Shown: in pieces, positions 24,714 through 39,083 of the stretch
Layout: every line of letters starts with the position of its first letter
Position numbering within the stretch: position 1 is the first letter of the stretch
Assembly (NCBI GenBank): GCA_964187785.1
Contig: OZ076416.1
Span: 35,960,001-36,024,000, forward strand
Direction: 5' to 3'
DNA: 64,000 bases
Source: Amphiscolops sp. MND2022
Taxonomy: Eukaryota
Notes under the pieces: generated by a model
What the model was told of the DNA's origin: nothing
Database searches by the model: none
The model's input: only the letters and a program-made list of their open reading frames with translations
Made by a program: the position numbers and the translations under genes

Positions 24714-27700
24714 TGTTGAGACCAAACCAAACTAAATAAACTCATTCTAACACATGCTAGTTGACTTTCCTGTGAAAAGTATGTTCATGTGCTGACGTGG
24801 ATTTAACTGACGTTTTTCCTGCGTCTCGTTGATTTGTTCCCACTATGCACATGCTTCATTCGTTCTTTTCCGATCAGCTACTCAAACACAGTCTGTCAAT
24901 AGAAACAATTTAGTTCAAATTTTTCATCTGTTTCAAAAGTTCTGTGAACTCATAAGATTTTGGTACCGCGTTTACCAAGAGTTTCGAGCTTGGCAATTCA
25001 ACCTTGACCAGAAAAAGTATTAATACTTTGGAATAATGACACACGCACTCCAAAGATCGAGATCAGGCCATCTCGGATCAGTCACGCGAGTAGAAAACTC
25101 AGTGAAGACATTCTTGAGAAAGAACCTGCTAGAATTACTCTGCTAGAGGTATCCAAACTTGAGTACGCACTCGATAGTTGTCGAGACAATTCAGTCAGGA
25201 TTGAGATCTTGGACAGACAAATTCGTGCTGCATTGGAAGAAGCCGGAGTACCGGCTCAAGTAATAGACAAAACAAACCAAAGGTTGATGACAATGGTTTT
25301 CAGATTTGAAGCAATATGAAAGTCATCGAAAAAAGGCTCCAAAGATCTACATCAGCAGCTACGACAGCCGCAATGACAGTTCTTGAACCAAAATTTGACG
25401 ATGCATCGCCTTCGACGAGTGTTGGACTGAAATAACACAAACTCAGTTTGCCAAATTTAATGGTAAATGTACAGAATGGATTTCATTCTCGGGTATATTC
25501 AAGAACACGATGGATTATAACTGTTCACTAAAGAGTATCCAAAAGCTTCATTATCCCAAAAAGTCACTGAAAGACGAACCTGCAAGCCTTCTTGCGCATC
25601 TCCCAACTTCGAGTGTCAAGTATGAAGTTGCCTTGAAACTTTTAGAAGACAAATATGCCAACAAAAGTATGATCGTGCACGCTCGAATGAATCTTCGACT
25701 TTTGTCCAATGACAGAGTCTTCACCAGAGCAACTCAGAAAACTCATCAGTAGGGGGACACCCCTAGGGCTCTTCAAGCAATGGGTCTAGATGTTGGATCA
25801 TCTGACTTAAATTGGGTGCACATCATTGGCAAAACATTTGGATAACGTTACCAGACGACAATGGGAGTTGAATAGCAAAGGAAATGGTGTACAATGTACG
25901 ACTGAAGCGAAGAAGTTCTTAGAGCAACGGGCACGAGCACTTGTCGCCTCGATGCCAGCGACAAAAGTTTCATCAAAAATTAGGCGAATAAGTTCTTCTA
26001 AGAAAAATCAAGGAAACTAAAGCAACAAAGTCAAATTGTACCATCGTACCAGCTGCTCTCAAGAACAGGCAATTTACCAATGCGAGAAATTCATAGCGAT
26101 GAAAATCGAAGACAGACGCAACCTTGTAAACGACAAGCAGATATGTTTTAAGTGCCTACGGTGTGGCCATCCATGTAAGGACTGCCAATCGAACCCTCGA
26201 TGCCAAAGGTGTCAAAAATGCCACATCACGGTCTGGCATAATTCTAGCGAGGGATCTGACACCAAATCAGCTTCCAGTTTCCATTTGGGTTACGAAGTCA
26301 GTCTTATCCACTGTCCAGGTTTCAGTCATGTCAAAAATTGGAAGTCATGAAAAATGCAGAACTTTACTGGATAGTGGATCTGAAACAAGCTTCATCAGCG
26401 ATGAGTGCTTTCGACTTCTATAATTGAACTGTCAAAAGGGAAAACTATTGATGAATGGCATTGGATGTGTCTCAAAATCCTGTAGATATGGCCAGACAAA
26501 TATCAGAAGTATTGATGACAATGCGAAATCTCAGTTACCAGTATTCATTTTGCAACGCGCCTGACCCAAGCTATGCCTTCTAGTTCACTGCGGATCCCAA
26601 AATTCACGAATTTACCTCATGTCAAACTGTCTGACCCAATTTTCGCAAAACTAGGAAAAGTTGATCTTATCATTGGAATCTATCTATATGCAGAAATCAT
26701 CGAAAATGAACGAATTAGAGTCTCAGGAGGAATTTATGCACGCACGATGGTCTTTGGCTGGACAGCCTGTGGCTCTAGAGCTGGTAAAACCAATATTCAA
26801 CTCAATTCGTCACGATTATCAATTGATTCCGACCTTAAACAATTCTAGGAACTATAGGAAGTTCCGAAGGCTCGGCAAGTGTCAAAAAAGAAGCCTGCGA
26901 GCAACATTTCGTCAAATCAACACGCCTGGGATACAACTGATTTATGGTAAAACTACCCATCAAGCCGAAGAATTAATTGGATAAGAGCTTCATTCAAGCA
27001 AACAGAAATTTCGATTTTCTAGAAAAATAATGGATTCAAAACCTGAACTGAAAGAGAAATATAAACAGTTCATTGCTTAGTTCCTTGCGACTGGACACAT
27101 GGAGGAAGTGCCAGCAGACGAAGTAGATATCCAAGACAACAAAAGCTTCTACCTTCCTCATCAAAGACGACTCTACTACCATAAAAACCTGAGTCGTATT
27201 TGATGAATCAGCTGCAACTGCAACAGGCAAATCGCTCAATGACCTTCTCATGGTAGCACCATTTGTCCAAGACGATCTTAACTCCATTGTGATGCGATTC
27301 CCGTTGACCCCGATTGCCCTTTTTGCTGATATTGAAACGGTGTATCGGCAAGTTGCCCTTGACACGCCACACAAGGATTTCCACATTTTTTGACGCGAAA
27401 ATCCAGAGCAACCGCTTGGAAGCTGAAAAGTGTCACATATGGCATTGCATCTTCCGCTCTCCACTCCACAAAGTGCCTGAAGGAGATTTTGTTATTGACT
27501 GTTAATGAAAAGGTGAAACACCACCTGATGTACTCATTTTACGTAGTTGACTTTCTTGGAGGAGCTAAGTCTGCGGAAGCTGCCCGTCAACCCCTCACAG
27601 ATTTACACTAGGAACTACTCAAGTACGACTTGCCACTTTGCAATTGGGTTTCAAGTCACTCTGAACTGGCTCAAGAACTCCCGTGTGACCTGCAACAAAC

Positions 27701-30700
27701 TTCAGATTATTATTTTCCGACCCCTCATTTTAAAATGGGTGAGGAAAATCATCATCTGTGTTGCGTTTTTTCCCCCAAAGTCTGCCAAATTTGACTTACC
27801 ACCTCAGGTGGTGAGTTTTTCCAAATTCTGCCAACTTTGACTCACCACCACTGGTGGTGAGTCAAGTAACTAAATAGTCAAGTAACTATTTCTAAAATTT
27901 CAGGACGACAATAAGACGTAAAGGGAATAAGATCTGAAATCACTAAACTTTAGATCTTATTATTTAGATCCTATTCCCCTCTCAAAATAGCTATGGCTCA
28001 GTTGATGAAGGCGAAAAGGGAGGAAAATATCCCGGTGCTTAGCGGGCGTCCTGTATTCTCAAACTCTGTGTGACCTTTACAAAGCCAAGGCTTTGGGAAT
28101 CATTTGGAAACCAAATTCTGATACAATCTGCTTTGAAACCGATCTTAAATGTCAACTATTTCACGAAACGGAATTATGAATTAGTTGTCAGCAGTAGCGA
28201 AATTGTTCGATCCAAAGGGATGGTTGTCTCCAATCAATACCATTTTCAAGATTCTGTTGCAACAAACGTGGCTCACTGGTATCCAATGGGATCATCCCGT
28301 TCCAGAACCCAATCGAGAGCAATTCACTTACTCTGTATGCCACTGAGATGTCTCGTGAATCCATTCCCCCAACAATCGTTAAACATGGAAATATTAACTT
28401 CCAGTTTCACGTTTTCTGTGATGCCTCTGTGCAGGCATGTGCCGGAGTAATATACCTCATATCAATAGATGTATTGGGAAACTAGTCTGCTTGTTGATAG
28501 CGAAAAATCAACACTAGTCTGCTCGTATCTAAAACAAAGGTCTCACCTGTCAAAGTGGTGTCAATGCCTCGATTTGAAATCTGTGGAGCACATTTAGCTG
28601 CCAAACTTCTAGAACAAACGAAAGTCATCCTAGAACTTACAGGAATTAATCTAGTTTGTTACGCATGGACTGACTCAACAATCACACTTCAATGGTTAGT
28701 GCAACTTCCTAGAATCTGGAACACCTTTGTAGATAATCGTGACTCTTTTATTCAAGAAGTAATGAAGCAAAACTTTTGGAATCAAGTCCCTACAAAGTGC
28801 AACTCTGCAGATCTCGCTTCTAGGTGATCTCTGTGATGGAAACGATTACCTGTCCTTTTTGGTGGTCAGGCCTTGAATGGTTAATGCAATTCCACGAGAA
28901 TCAATGGCTACAACTGGACGGGCCCTGTGCCCTTGACCTTCCTTAGAAACGATCAGAAAATAAAGAAAAACGAGCAAAATCAATCAACAAGGAGACAATT
29001 CTTGCTGATCAAAATGAAAAGTTTCCATGTTCTATTGTGACAACTTTTCAGACGTCAAATCACCCTGTAATACCCATTGAACAAATCGGCAGCTTCACGA
29101 AGCTCGCCGATGTCGTCAGTAAAGTTCTACTATTCATCTGGATATTGAAGTTAGGAAAAAACCGCGATGAAGTTTCGACAATTTGCAAATTCCGAAATCT
29201 TACGACAGGATCAACTTCAAACTTTGCCACGCCAGCACGCACGACTAACTAGTGGTAAATAATTGCCAGTGACTGAGTGATTCTCAACCTATCACCTTTC
29301 TTTGCTGAAAAGTTCGACACAATCAAAGTTGGTGGTCGATTGTCGCAATCCAACTTTGACGAGGATAAGAAATTTCCTTTTCGGACTTCCAAGAATTCTG
29401 CTTTGAACACGTTACTCGTCCGTCGTTTCCATGGGAGGAAACCAATTGACCGTAAAAACATTAAGGTAGCATTTTTGGGTCGTAAATAGTAAATGTCATT
29501 CGGTAATATCATCAGAAGCTGTGTAAAGTGCTTCCGATTTCAGTCCAAAGTTGATGCCAGACCTCTTAAGCGAACAAGTGACACCTTCTCACCTCTTCAC
29601 AAATTGTGGCATTGATTTTGCGGGTCAACACTGCGTCAAGGGCAAATCGAACCCGAAAATATATATTGCAGTTTTCATTTGTCTCGCTACCAGGTCTTGT
29701 CATTTGGAGTTATTCTCAGGTTTGACGTTTGACGACTGCATCATGCTTTCAGACGTTTTGCTGCCAGGAGAGGAACTCCTAAGAAAATTCTAACAGACAA
29801 CGGAATTAATTTTATTGGCGCTCTCCTACGTTATATCACATGTCAGGGTACGGATTCGGTTAACCATTTACTGCGGGCCCCTCATTCCAGAGGAATTTCG
29901 GAAGCAGCCGACAAAACGTTGAAGCGTCATATGAAAAGTGTTGTCGGCCGGCAGGGGTTGACTTATGAAATCTCCTTACAGTCTTGGATCAAGTTGAAGC
30001 CATTTTCAACTCACAACTACTCTTGCATGACACTTCCCATATCAGATGACCCTAATGATCACATTAGATAAACCCATTCTCATTTTTGACTGGCGACTCA
30101 CTTTTAGCAATGGCTCGACAACATATAAAAATCCCTCATAATCAATAGTTGAAGCTCATGCAACACCTCCAAATTTTTTTTGGAAATCGTGGAGAAGAGA
30201 TTACCAAGCTTCAAATACGCAGAGAGTGGTTCCAAAGCTACTTGTGGGCAAATTAGTATTGAAACCTCAGGACAACAAAGCCCATCTTTTTTGAAAACTT
30301 GGTGAAATCACCAAAGTGTTCAAAGCAAATGGTGACATTTCAACGGTGGCAGAGCTTAAAACCTCAACTATAAATTCTTATTCTCCCAGTAATCAAACTT
30401 CGAAAGCTGCAAGGGGACGCTCCAAGCCATACAATTCACTGAGGGAACAACACATCAGCCTCAACAGGCTCTAAGTTACAAGATTGTACGAACTGACTAA
30501 ACTCAAGTTTACCGCACCTCGACCTATCTCCGCAAAAAATCTCCCCTTTGTGTATAAAACTGACCCGTTTGTTATGACGACAATGATTTTGTAACCAGAT
30601 ATTCGGTATTGGCCTACACTTCACTGGTATATGCTTTAAGAATCCATAGTTTCACTCAATTTTTTGAGTTTTGGCCAAAAGCATTACTTGGACCATTACG

Positions 30701-31954
30701 ATATCAGACACTCATTGGTTTTCGATTGTTTATTTAGTTCAATTCAAATATTCCCAATTTTTACACCTTTGATCTACTCCAGACGACTCTCTGCTCTATA
30801 GAGAATAATCAAAAAGCACTTTTGCTGCAAAATGAAAATTCACACACCTAATCTTCTATACATTCTTCAACCCGCCTCCTCCCGAGTGCCAGATACGTGT
30901 CTGCGAGTTTCATCTGTCGAGGCCTCCATTCCTCAGACACCTTCCTCTCATAGCTGTACATCGCACACACTGCTCGAGGCTGCATGTCGGTCCAAACGGA
31001 GTGCAGGAAGAGGTACAGGAAAAACACAGTACATCCAGACTACAGACGAATTCAGAAGATTTGACAAGCCCTTGTCCGATTGACGAAATCGATGGTCAGG
31101 AAGAAATTGTGGCGACAATCGCCGGCAACCCAGTTTAGCTTCCTTCCCACCGATGATGAAAGGCCGATAATCCATATCTTCCTATCGGTTAGAAGAGTCA
31201 AAAAAGAATGCCCAACCTCATTCAATTAAACATGAAAGGACCTGAAACGAGATTGTTTGGCACGAAAGCTCTCTTCAGCCATCTCACTTCGATTGAAGCT
31301 CTCGGGAACCAGAACTGCGCCCGATGGTGTCACCTCTGCTCCTACTCGAGAAGTAACTTCGCAACTGTTTTGGAGTCGTAAGATAGTTCTAGGAGAGGAC
31401 TTTCATCCTCCGAAGAACGTGTTGCCACCCTCTTCTGAATGACTGCCAGCTCCTCCGGTTTTTCAAGCACTTCGCTGAACGTCTTCACGGGCACGAGACA
31501 GGTGGGAGGACTTAAGCCACTCCAAGAAAGCGCTGAAGTACGGAAGCATCTTGGAACTGTCGGCCCGCAGATCATGGTCGTTCGTCGCAGAAAACTCTGG
31601 CACACTCCTCTGCCGACCACTCTTGGCTCGATTGGCGTCTCTATTGACGAATTCTGTCATCTAAATTCTGAAATTATTGAAAAGCTTCAACGTGGGCGAC
31701 ATGTTGAGATTAAAACAATCTAAATAAACTCAAGCTAACACATGCTTCTTGACTTTCTTGTGAAGAGTTTGTTCATGTGCTGACGTGGATTTAACTGACG
31801 TTTTTCCTCCAATTCGTTGAATTGTTCACACTTTGCACATGCTTCAATGTTCTTTTTCGATCAACTACTCATAAACAGTCTGGCAATAGAAACTTCTCAG
31901 TTCAAACATTTCATCTTTCGTTTCGTAAACTCACGTTTCGTAAACTCAACAACA
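24714..31954 (+). mobile_element. Second, older and heavily degraded BEL/Pao element
   Basis: Diverged LTRs at about 24714-24958 and 31700-31954, both starting TGTTGAGA. Remnants of gag (CFKCLRCGH), protease (TLLDSGSE), RT (VTYGIASS, FYVVDFLGGA), RNase H (SKTKVSP, MPRFEICGA) and integrase (GIDFAG). No TSD found; LTR ends approximate. Confidence 0.85.
27720..28078. repeat. Repeat insertion interrupting RT of the second BEL element
   Basis: The RT reading resumes at KALGIIWKP. The insert contains two hairpin units and GGGAATAAGATCT motifs shared with 48-49.5 kb. Ends approximate. Confidence 0.6.
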
Positions 31955-34900
31955 TTTACAAAAATCATTTTAAGGTTCTCGAGAGTAAAAGGGAAACATG
32001 GATGAATTGCAAGGTTGAAGCGTTTGAAATCTGTCGCGTCCCCAAAGGTGCGATGGGTCCGGTGTGCATCTTTAGGAAGATAAACAACGCCTACAATGTT
32101 GTGTCAAACTCTAAAAACTCATCCACTAGTCATGTAACTTGTGTAAATATATTAATTCTAATCAGGGTCTCTTAATTGTTTTACTTTGTAAAAGTAACAT
32201 CTTGATGTACTTTGGGCAAATCCAAAAGCCTTAATGATGATTTTATTAGTTCAAATAACACATGTGCAGTGCTACTAATTTCATTCTGAACGAATGGTAT
32301 TAATTGGATACGTCATCATGCAATATGATTACTATTGAATATGCATCACTGCGCGCATTTGTAACTCTCAGTATACGTCATTATACGTTTCAACCATTAA
32401 TGAGTATACGTCACTATACGTATTTGTGACTTTCATTATGCGTCATTATGCGGTTTATGCAGTGATGAATATACGTCAGTATACATATTTTCTCATCCAA
32501 ATTTATATGCGTCATCCCACGGTTCAAGGAGTAGCGAGTACTCGGCATTGTGCGTTTCTCGCTATGTTCCTTTTAATTTGAAGGAATAACTTTATGCTTC
32601 CATATATAGTGTTAAAAGTCCATAAAATATCGTTGTTTAATACCTTTCTAGGGTCTTTTAGACAGCGGAATCGTTTCTGTATGTCATAATTTGATGAATC
32701 ATAGTATATAAATAGGATAAAAACATTAAGGTAGCATTTTTGGGTCGTAAATAGTAAATGTCATTCGGTAATATCATCAGAAGCTGTGTAAAGTGCTTCC
32801 GATTTCAGTCCAAATTTGATGCCAGACCTCTTAAGCGAACAAGTGACACCTTCTCACCTCTTCACAAATTGTGGCATTGATTTTGCGGGTCAACACTGCG
32901 TCAAGGGCAAATCGAACCCGAAAATATATATTGCAGTTTTCATTTGTCTCGCTACCAGGTCTTGTCATTTGGAGTTATTCTCAGGTTTGACGTTTGACGA
33001 CTGCATCATGCTTTCAGACGTTTTGCTGCCAGGAGAGGAACTCCTAAGAAAATTCTAACAGACAACGGAATTAATTTTATTGGCGCTCTCCTACGTTATA
33101 TCACATGTCAGGGTACGGATTCGGTTAACCATTTACCGCGGGCCCCTCATTCCAGAGGAATTTCGGAAGCAGCCGACAAAACGTTGAAGCGTCATATGAA
33201 AAGAGTTGTCGGCCGGCAGGGGTTGACTTATGAAATCTCCTTACAGTCTTGGATCAAGTTGAAGCCATTTTCAACTCACAACTACTCTTGCATGACACTT
33301 CCCATATCAGATGACCCTAATGATCACATTAGATAAACCCATTCTCATTTTTGACTGGCGACTCACTTTTAGCAATGGCTCGACAACATATAAAAATCCC
33401 TCATAATCAATAGTTGAAGCTCATGCAACACCTCCAATTTTTTTTGGAAATCGTGGAGAAGAGATTACCAAGCTTCAAATACGCAGAGAGTGGTTCCAAA
33501 GCTACTTGTGGGCAAATTAGTATTGAAACCTCAGGACAACAAAGCCCATCTTTTTTGAAAACTTGGTGAAATCACCAAAGTGTTCAAAGCAAATGGTGAC
33601 ATTTCAACGGTGGCAGAGCTTAAAACCTCAACTATAAATTCTTATTCTCCCAGTAATCAAACTTCGAAAGCTGCAAGGGGACGCTCCAAGCCATACAATT
33701 CACTGAGGGAACAACACATCAGCCTCAACAGGCTCTAAGTTACAAGATTGTACGAACTGACTAAACTCAAGTTTACCGCACCTCGACCTAGCTCCGCAAA
33801 AAATCTCCCCTTTGTGTATAAAACTGACCCGTTTGTTATGACGACAATGATTTTGTAACCAGATATTCGGTATTGGCCTACACTTCACTGGTATATGCTT
33901 TAAGAATCCATAGTTTCACTCAATTTTTTGAGTTTTGGCCAAAAGCATTACTTGGACCATTACGATATCAGACACTCATTGGTTTTCGATTGTTTATTTA
34001 GTTCAATTCAAATATTCCCAATTTTTACACCTTTGATCTACTCCAGACGACTCTCTGCTCTATAGAGAACAATCAAAAAGCACTTTTGCTGCAAAATGAA
34101 AATTCACACACCTAATCTTCTATACATTCTTCAACCCGCCTCCTCCCGAGTGCCAGATACGTGTCTGCGAGTTTCATCTGTCGAGGCCTCCATTCCTCAG
34201 ACACCTTCCTCTCATAGCTGTACATCGCACACACTGCTCGAGGCTGCATGTCGGTCCAAACGGAGTGCAGGAAGAGGTACAGGAAAAACACAGTACATCC
34301 AGACTACAGACGAATTCAGAAGATTTGACAAGCCCTTGTCCGATTGACGAAATCGATGGTCAGGAAGAAATTGTGGCGACAATCGCCGGCAACCCAGTTT
34401 AGCTTCCTTCCCACCGATGATGAAAGGCCGATAATCCATATCTTCCTATCGGTTAGAAGAGTCAAAAAAGAATGCCCAACCTCATTCACATAAACATGAA
34501 AGGACCTGAAACGAGATTGTTTGGCACGAAAGCTCTCTTCAGCCATCTCACTTCGATTGAAGCTCTCGGGAACCAGAACTGCGCCCGATGGTGTCACCTC
34601 TGCTCCTACTCGAGAAGTAACTTCGCAACTGTTTTGGAGTCGTAAGATAGTTCTAGGAGAGGACTTTCATCCTCCGAAGAACGTGTTGCCACCCTCTTCT
34701 GAATGACTGCCAGCTCCTCCGGTTTTTCAAGCACTTCGCTGAACGTCTTCACGGGCACGAGACAGGTGGGAGGACTTAAGCCACTCCAAGAAAGCGCTGA
34801 AGTACGGAAGCCTCTTGGAACTGTCGGCCCGCAGATCATGGTCGTTCGTCGCAGAAAACTCTGGCACACTCCTCTGCCGACCACTCTTGGCTCGATTGGC

Positions 34901-35982
34901 GTCTCTATTGACGAATTCTGTCATCTAAATTCTGAAATTATTGAAAAGCTTCAACGTGGGCGACATGTTGAGATTAAAACAATCTAAATAAACTCAAGCT
35001 AACACATGCTTCTTGACTTTCTTGTGAAGAGTTTGTTCATGTGCTGACGTGGATTTAACTGACGTTTTTCCTCCAATTCGTTGAATTGTTCACACTTTGC
35101 ACATGCTTCAATGTTCTTTTTCGATCAACTACTCATAAACAGTCTGGCAATAGAAACTTCTCAGTTCAAACATTTCATCTTTCGTTTCGTAAACTCACGT
35201 TTCGTAAACTCAACAACATTTACAAAAATCATTTTAAGGTTTTCGAGAGTAAAAGGGAAACATGGATGAATTGCAAGGTTGAAGCGTTTGAAATCTGTCG
35301 CGTCCCCAAAGGTGCGATGGGTCCGGTGTGCATCTTTAAGAAGATAAACAACGCCTACAATGTTGTGTCAAACTCTAAAAACTCATCCACTAGTCATGTA
35401 ACTTGTGTAAATATATTACTTCTAATCAGGGTCTCTTAATTGTTTTACTTTGTAAAAGTAACATCTTGATGTACTTTGGGCAAATCCAAAAGCCTTAATG
35501 ATGATTTTATTAGTTCAAATAACACATGTGCAGTGCTACTAATTTCATTCTGAACGAATGGTATTTATTGGATACGTCATCATGCAATATGATTACTATT
35601 GAATATGCATCACTGCGCGCATTTGTAACTCTCAGTATACGTCATTATACGTTTCAACCATTAATGAGTATACGTCACTATACGTATTTGTGACTTTCAT
35701 TATGCGTCATTATGCGGTTTATGCAGTGATGAATATACGTCAGTATACATATTTTCTCATCCAAATTTATATGCGTCATCCCACGGTTCAAGGAGTAGCG
35801 AGTACTCGGCATTGTGCGTTTCTCGCTATGTTCCTTTTAATTTGAAGAATTAACTTTATGCTTCCATATATAGTGTTAAAAGTCCATAAAATATCGTTGT
35901 TTAATACCTTTCTAGGGTCTTTTAGACAGCGGAATCGTTTCTGTATGTCATAATTTGATGAATCATAGTATATAAATAGGAT
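29454..35982 (+). repeat. Near-identical tandem duplication, units 29454-32718 and 32719-35982
   Basis: ORF track repeats with offset 3264-3265; only about 15 differences seen by eye. Confidence 0.95.
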
Positions 35983-36269
35983 GACGACATTCTGACGAGG
36001 CGCTATTATTAGGTTTTCCTGGGAATGATGCTAGTAAAATTGCGTGTCATCCTTTTGTAATTTTTGGGTTTTCTTTAGAAATAGGAGGAGCTAACACAAT
36101 TTGAATAACTTTCCTCAAGTTCAGTTTGTTTTCTACTGGACCATAAAGCAATCATTGTAAATCATCTTCATATTTGGAGGTCCTAAACAACACAGTCTGT
36201 TTTCATACAAACTTTCATCTCAAATTCAAATTCTTGACCCTGCAAATTGATCGTTTTCACTTGAGAAAG

Positions 36270-36854
36270 ATGGGGAATAAGAGAAACAGGAGATCTAGAA
36301 GGCTAGAAACACCGTCTCCAGACAGAAACCCAATTGAGGCACAAGTAGATACGTCAACTCAAGGTAATGAGACTTTGACTAATTTTAACTCAGTTTTACA
36401 GGAGAATTTAGGTGAAAACGTCTCAGAAAACCCAATGGTTGAACCAAGCCAAATTAGTAACGAAATCCAAGCTTGGACCCAGATTATAGAACAAAAGAAT
36501 AATGATAGAATCGAGAGAATGAGAGAAGAAATAGACAACAAGTTCGAAGCAATTCTGAAAGAAATCAAGTCAAATAAAAGTGCATCGACAATAACAAACC
36601 CAAGATCAGAGCTTAATGAAAATCAGGAACCACAAGCGTCGGGGTCTAAAACTAACAAGCCTATAGGAGTTCACGCATCTTTAAACGAAAATTCAGATTC
36701 AGAAAATGAAGATCATCCTCTAAGAGCTTCTAAAATGAAAGACTTGAGACATCCTGCTAAGCCTATGTTTCGGGCTGAATCAGATGTAGATGTAACAATA
36801 CACTCAGACGAAGAATCTGATGCAGAGCCCATAGAGGATTATCACAAAATCTAA
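36270..36854 (+). mobile_element. Truncated gag/ORF1-like reading frame of an unclassified retroelement
   Basis: MGNKRNRRSRR...EPSQISNEI...NKFEAILKEIKSNK, a coiled-coil-like segment. A homologous decayed copy lies at 42600-43140, and LTR-like sequence precedes it. Confidence 0.45.
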
Positions 36855-39083
36855 GAACGTATACACTTTTTAAAGTATATTTTATTTTCTTTCTGTAAAA
36901 TTTTTTCTGTACTTTTTTCCGTGAAACAAATTGTTCAAAAAAGCCTCAGAAACTGAAAACTTGAAGATATGGCCAGTATAGGATCACGCTAAGTTGATTA
37001 GGAAATCACGCCTAAAGCACGGACAGAAACCTGGATTCAGGTCAATTTTCCGGAGTTTATCCTAAGTCGAAAGAGCCAAAAACTTATCGCAATACTTGGA
37101 AATACTTGGAAGTTGAGGCGTTCTACCTTCTTGCATCTGTTCGGTCTAGGCTGTCTTGCATCTATTCGATGTTACTTTTTTTACCATTCTGGGTCTTCGT
37201 AAACATTGACAAGTTCGGACTTTGAGATGTATGGTCGAAAAACGAAACAATAAAATATCAACTCTGTACTTGGTTCATTGTTCGTTGTTCATGAAAGCAA
37301 ATTTGCCCATACTGACGCCCTGAACCACAATTCAAAACCTTTTGCTATTTCTACTTCTTTGCACTTACTATGCACTAGAAAAAATTAGGCGTGACAGCAT
37401 CTCGACCTTGATTTTGAGCTGAAACGTTCATTGTTCTGCAGAAGTTGCTACAAAATGTTTATTTTCCAGGGCCCAAAATCATGTGAACTATCTCAGGTCA
37501 GGAAATTTTGATGAAAGAACTGAAATGATGAATGGAATCATTTTTCGAGAAAATTGGAAAATGTATTTGTGGCAGAAACCCGAATTCATCATACTACATT
37601 GATGGTACAAAAACTAGCCTGCATCCTTGTCGTACTTTCTGAGAATGGGTCCGGCTATTTTCTGTTCTGAGAAAAAACAGCTACAAAATAGAAATTAAGT
37701 TCATAGATTTTCATATCCCTTAATTTGCACAAAAATCCTAAACAAAAAAAATTTGACGTCACTTTTAGTCTGATAACTAGCTTACAGAATCCTCGAACAA
37801 TTTACGAATCCATGGACTCCGTATTTCGTCTCGACTCGAGATAGAGTAGATAAGTACGAAAGGACTAAGAAAAAAATGAAGAAAAGTATTCATGTACATT
37901 TGGCAGGAAAACGAAGGCGTCGTTCTTGATGCCAGAACCTTTGATAATACAAAAACTAGTCTACATATTTGCCTAAATTTGTCAGGGAGAATCATTTCTG
38001 TATGTATTTTCAGTTCTGAGGAATATGAGCTTCAAATTGGAAAAAACTTGCGACATATCCGCATCTCGCAACGCTCTGAGCCCCAAAAACTAAAACGATT
38101 TGTTTGAATTTCAATCTAGATTCAATCCATTACTTTAGTTCATATTACACCAGTTTTACTTTAAACCTTTGAATGGAGCATCTTCACTCATCTAATGAAT
38201 CGACCAATAATATTGAGTCGTATACTAATCATAGCACCGCTTTTAAATTCCACATTGAGTTAAATAATATCAGTTTAAGTGAGCTCTTCTAGTTGCGAAT
38301 GAAGAAAAACGGTGCTGTACACTTTTAGTTCGAATGAATTAAACTTCAATTTGAATGAATCAATCAATGAGAATGTACTCTTTCAGTTGGCAGCGAGAGA
38401 AAGATAGAAAAAGAGAGAACTCCAACAGTGATGAAGAAGCCTTTTGCGATCAACAACAGCGTCGGGTGTTTTGATTCTCCAAAAGTCATTTCAAGTGATT
38501 CTCTGTTCATTTCAAATTGAGATTAAGTTGACTGGACAATTAATTCCGAACGTTTGTAAACTCTGCTTTAGATTCGCTTGGAATATAATTTGCTTCACAT
38601 GTTTTGTAATCGAATTAGTTGATTTAGGTAATTTTAATTAGCTGTCACTGCCGCTTTGCTATTCAACTAAATTGGAATGCTCCTCATGTTTTTTAAAATT
38701 GTCGTTTTACATTTGGTAGATTTTTGTAGAAAAATTATTTCCGAACAATCATTCTCCGCCACAAATGATAATTTCTTTTAAATGGTCGATATCATGCAGT
38801 TGATAAGCACGTTCCAGAAGTGTTACTGGAAAACAATCTGATTCTGCCATTTTCAGGTTGGATGTAAACTCACGCTTTTGCACGGAGCACTCCGATTCAC
38901 TGAAAACTCACGCTAATTGACGCGGAATGATTTTATGCGGGCCTTATTTAAAGTCTAATAAAAGTTAATAAAAATTCGATTCACTAGTTTTGATAGCATC
39001 ATCGTGGAAGTTGGCAACAAAAAAATCGTGAAACTTGTGAACGTTCGAAATGAAACTCTGAAATACGTCCGAAAACTTTATGT

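Noticed and set aside
31439-31723. DEFCHL as block V of a second SGNH domain
   Set aside because: Blocks I-III were not found upstream in any frame.
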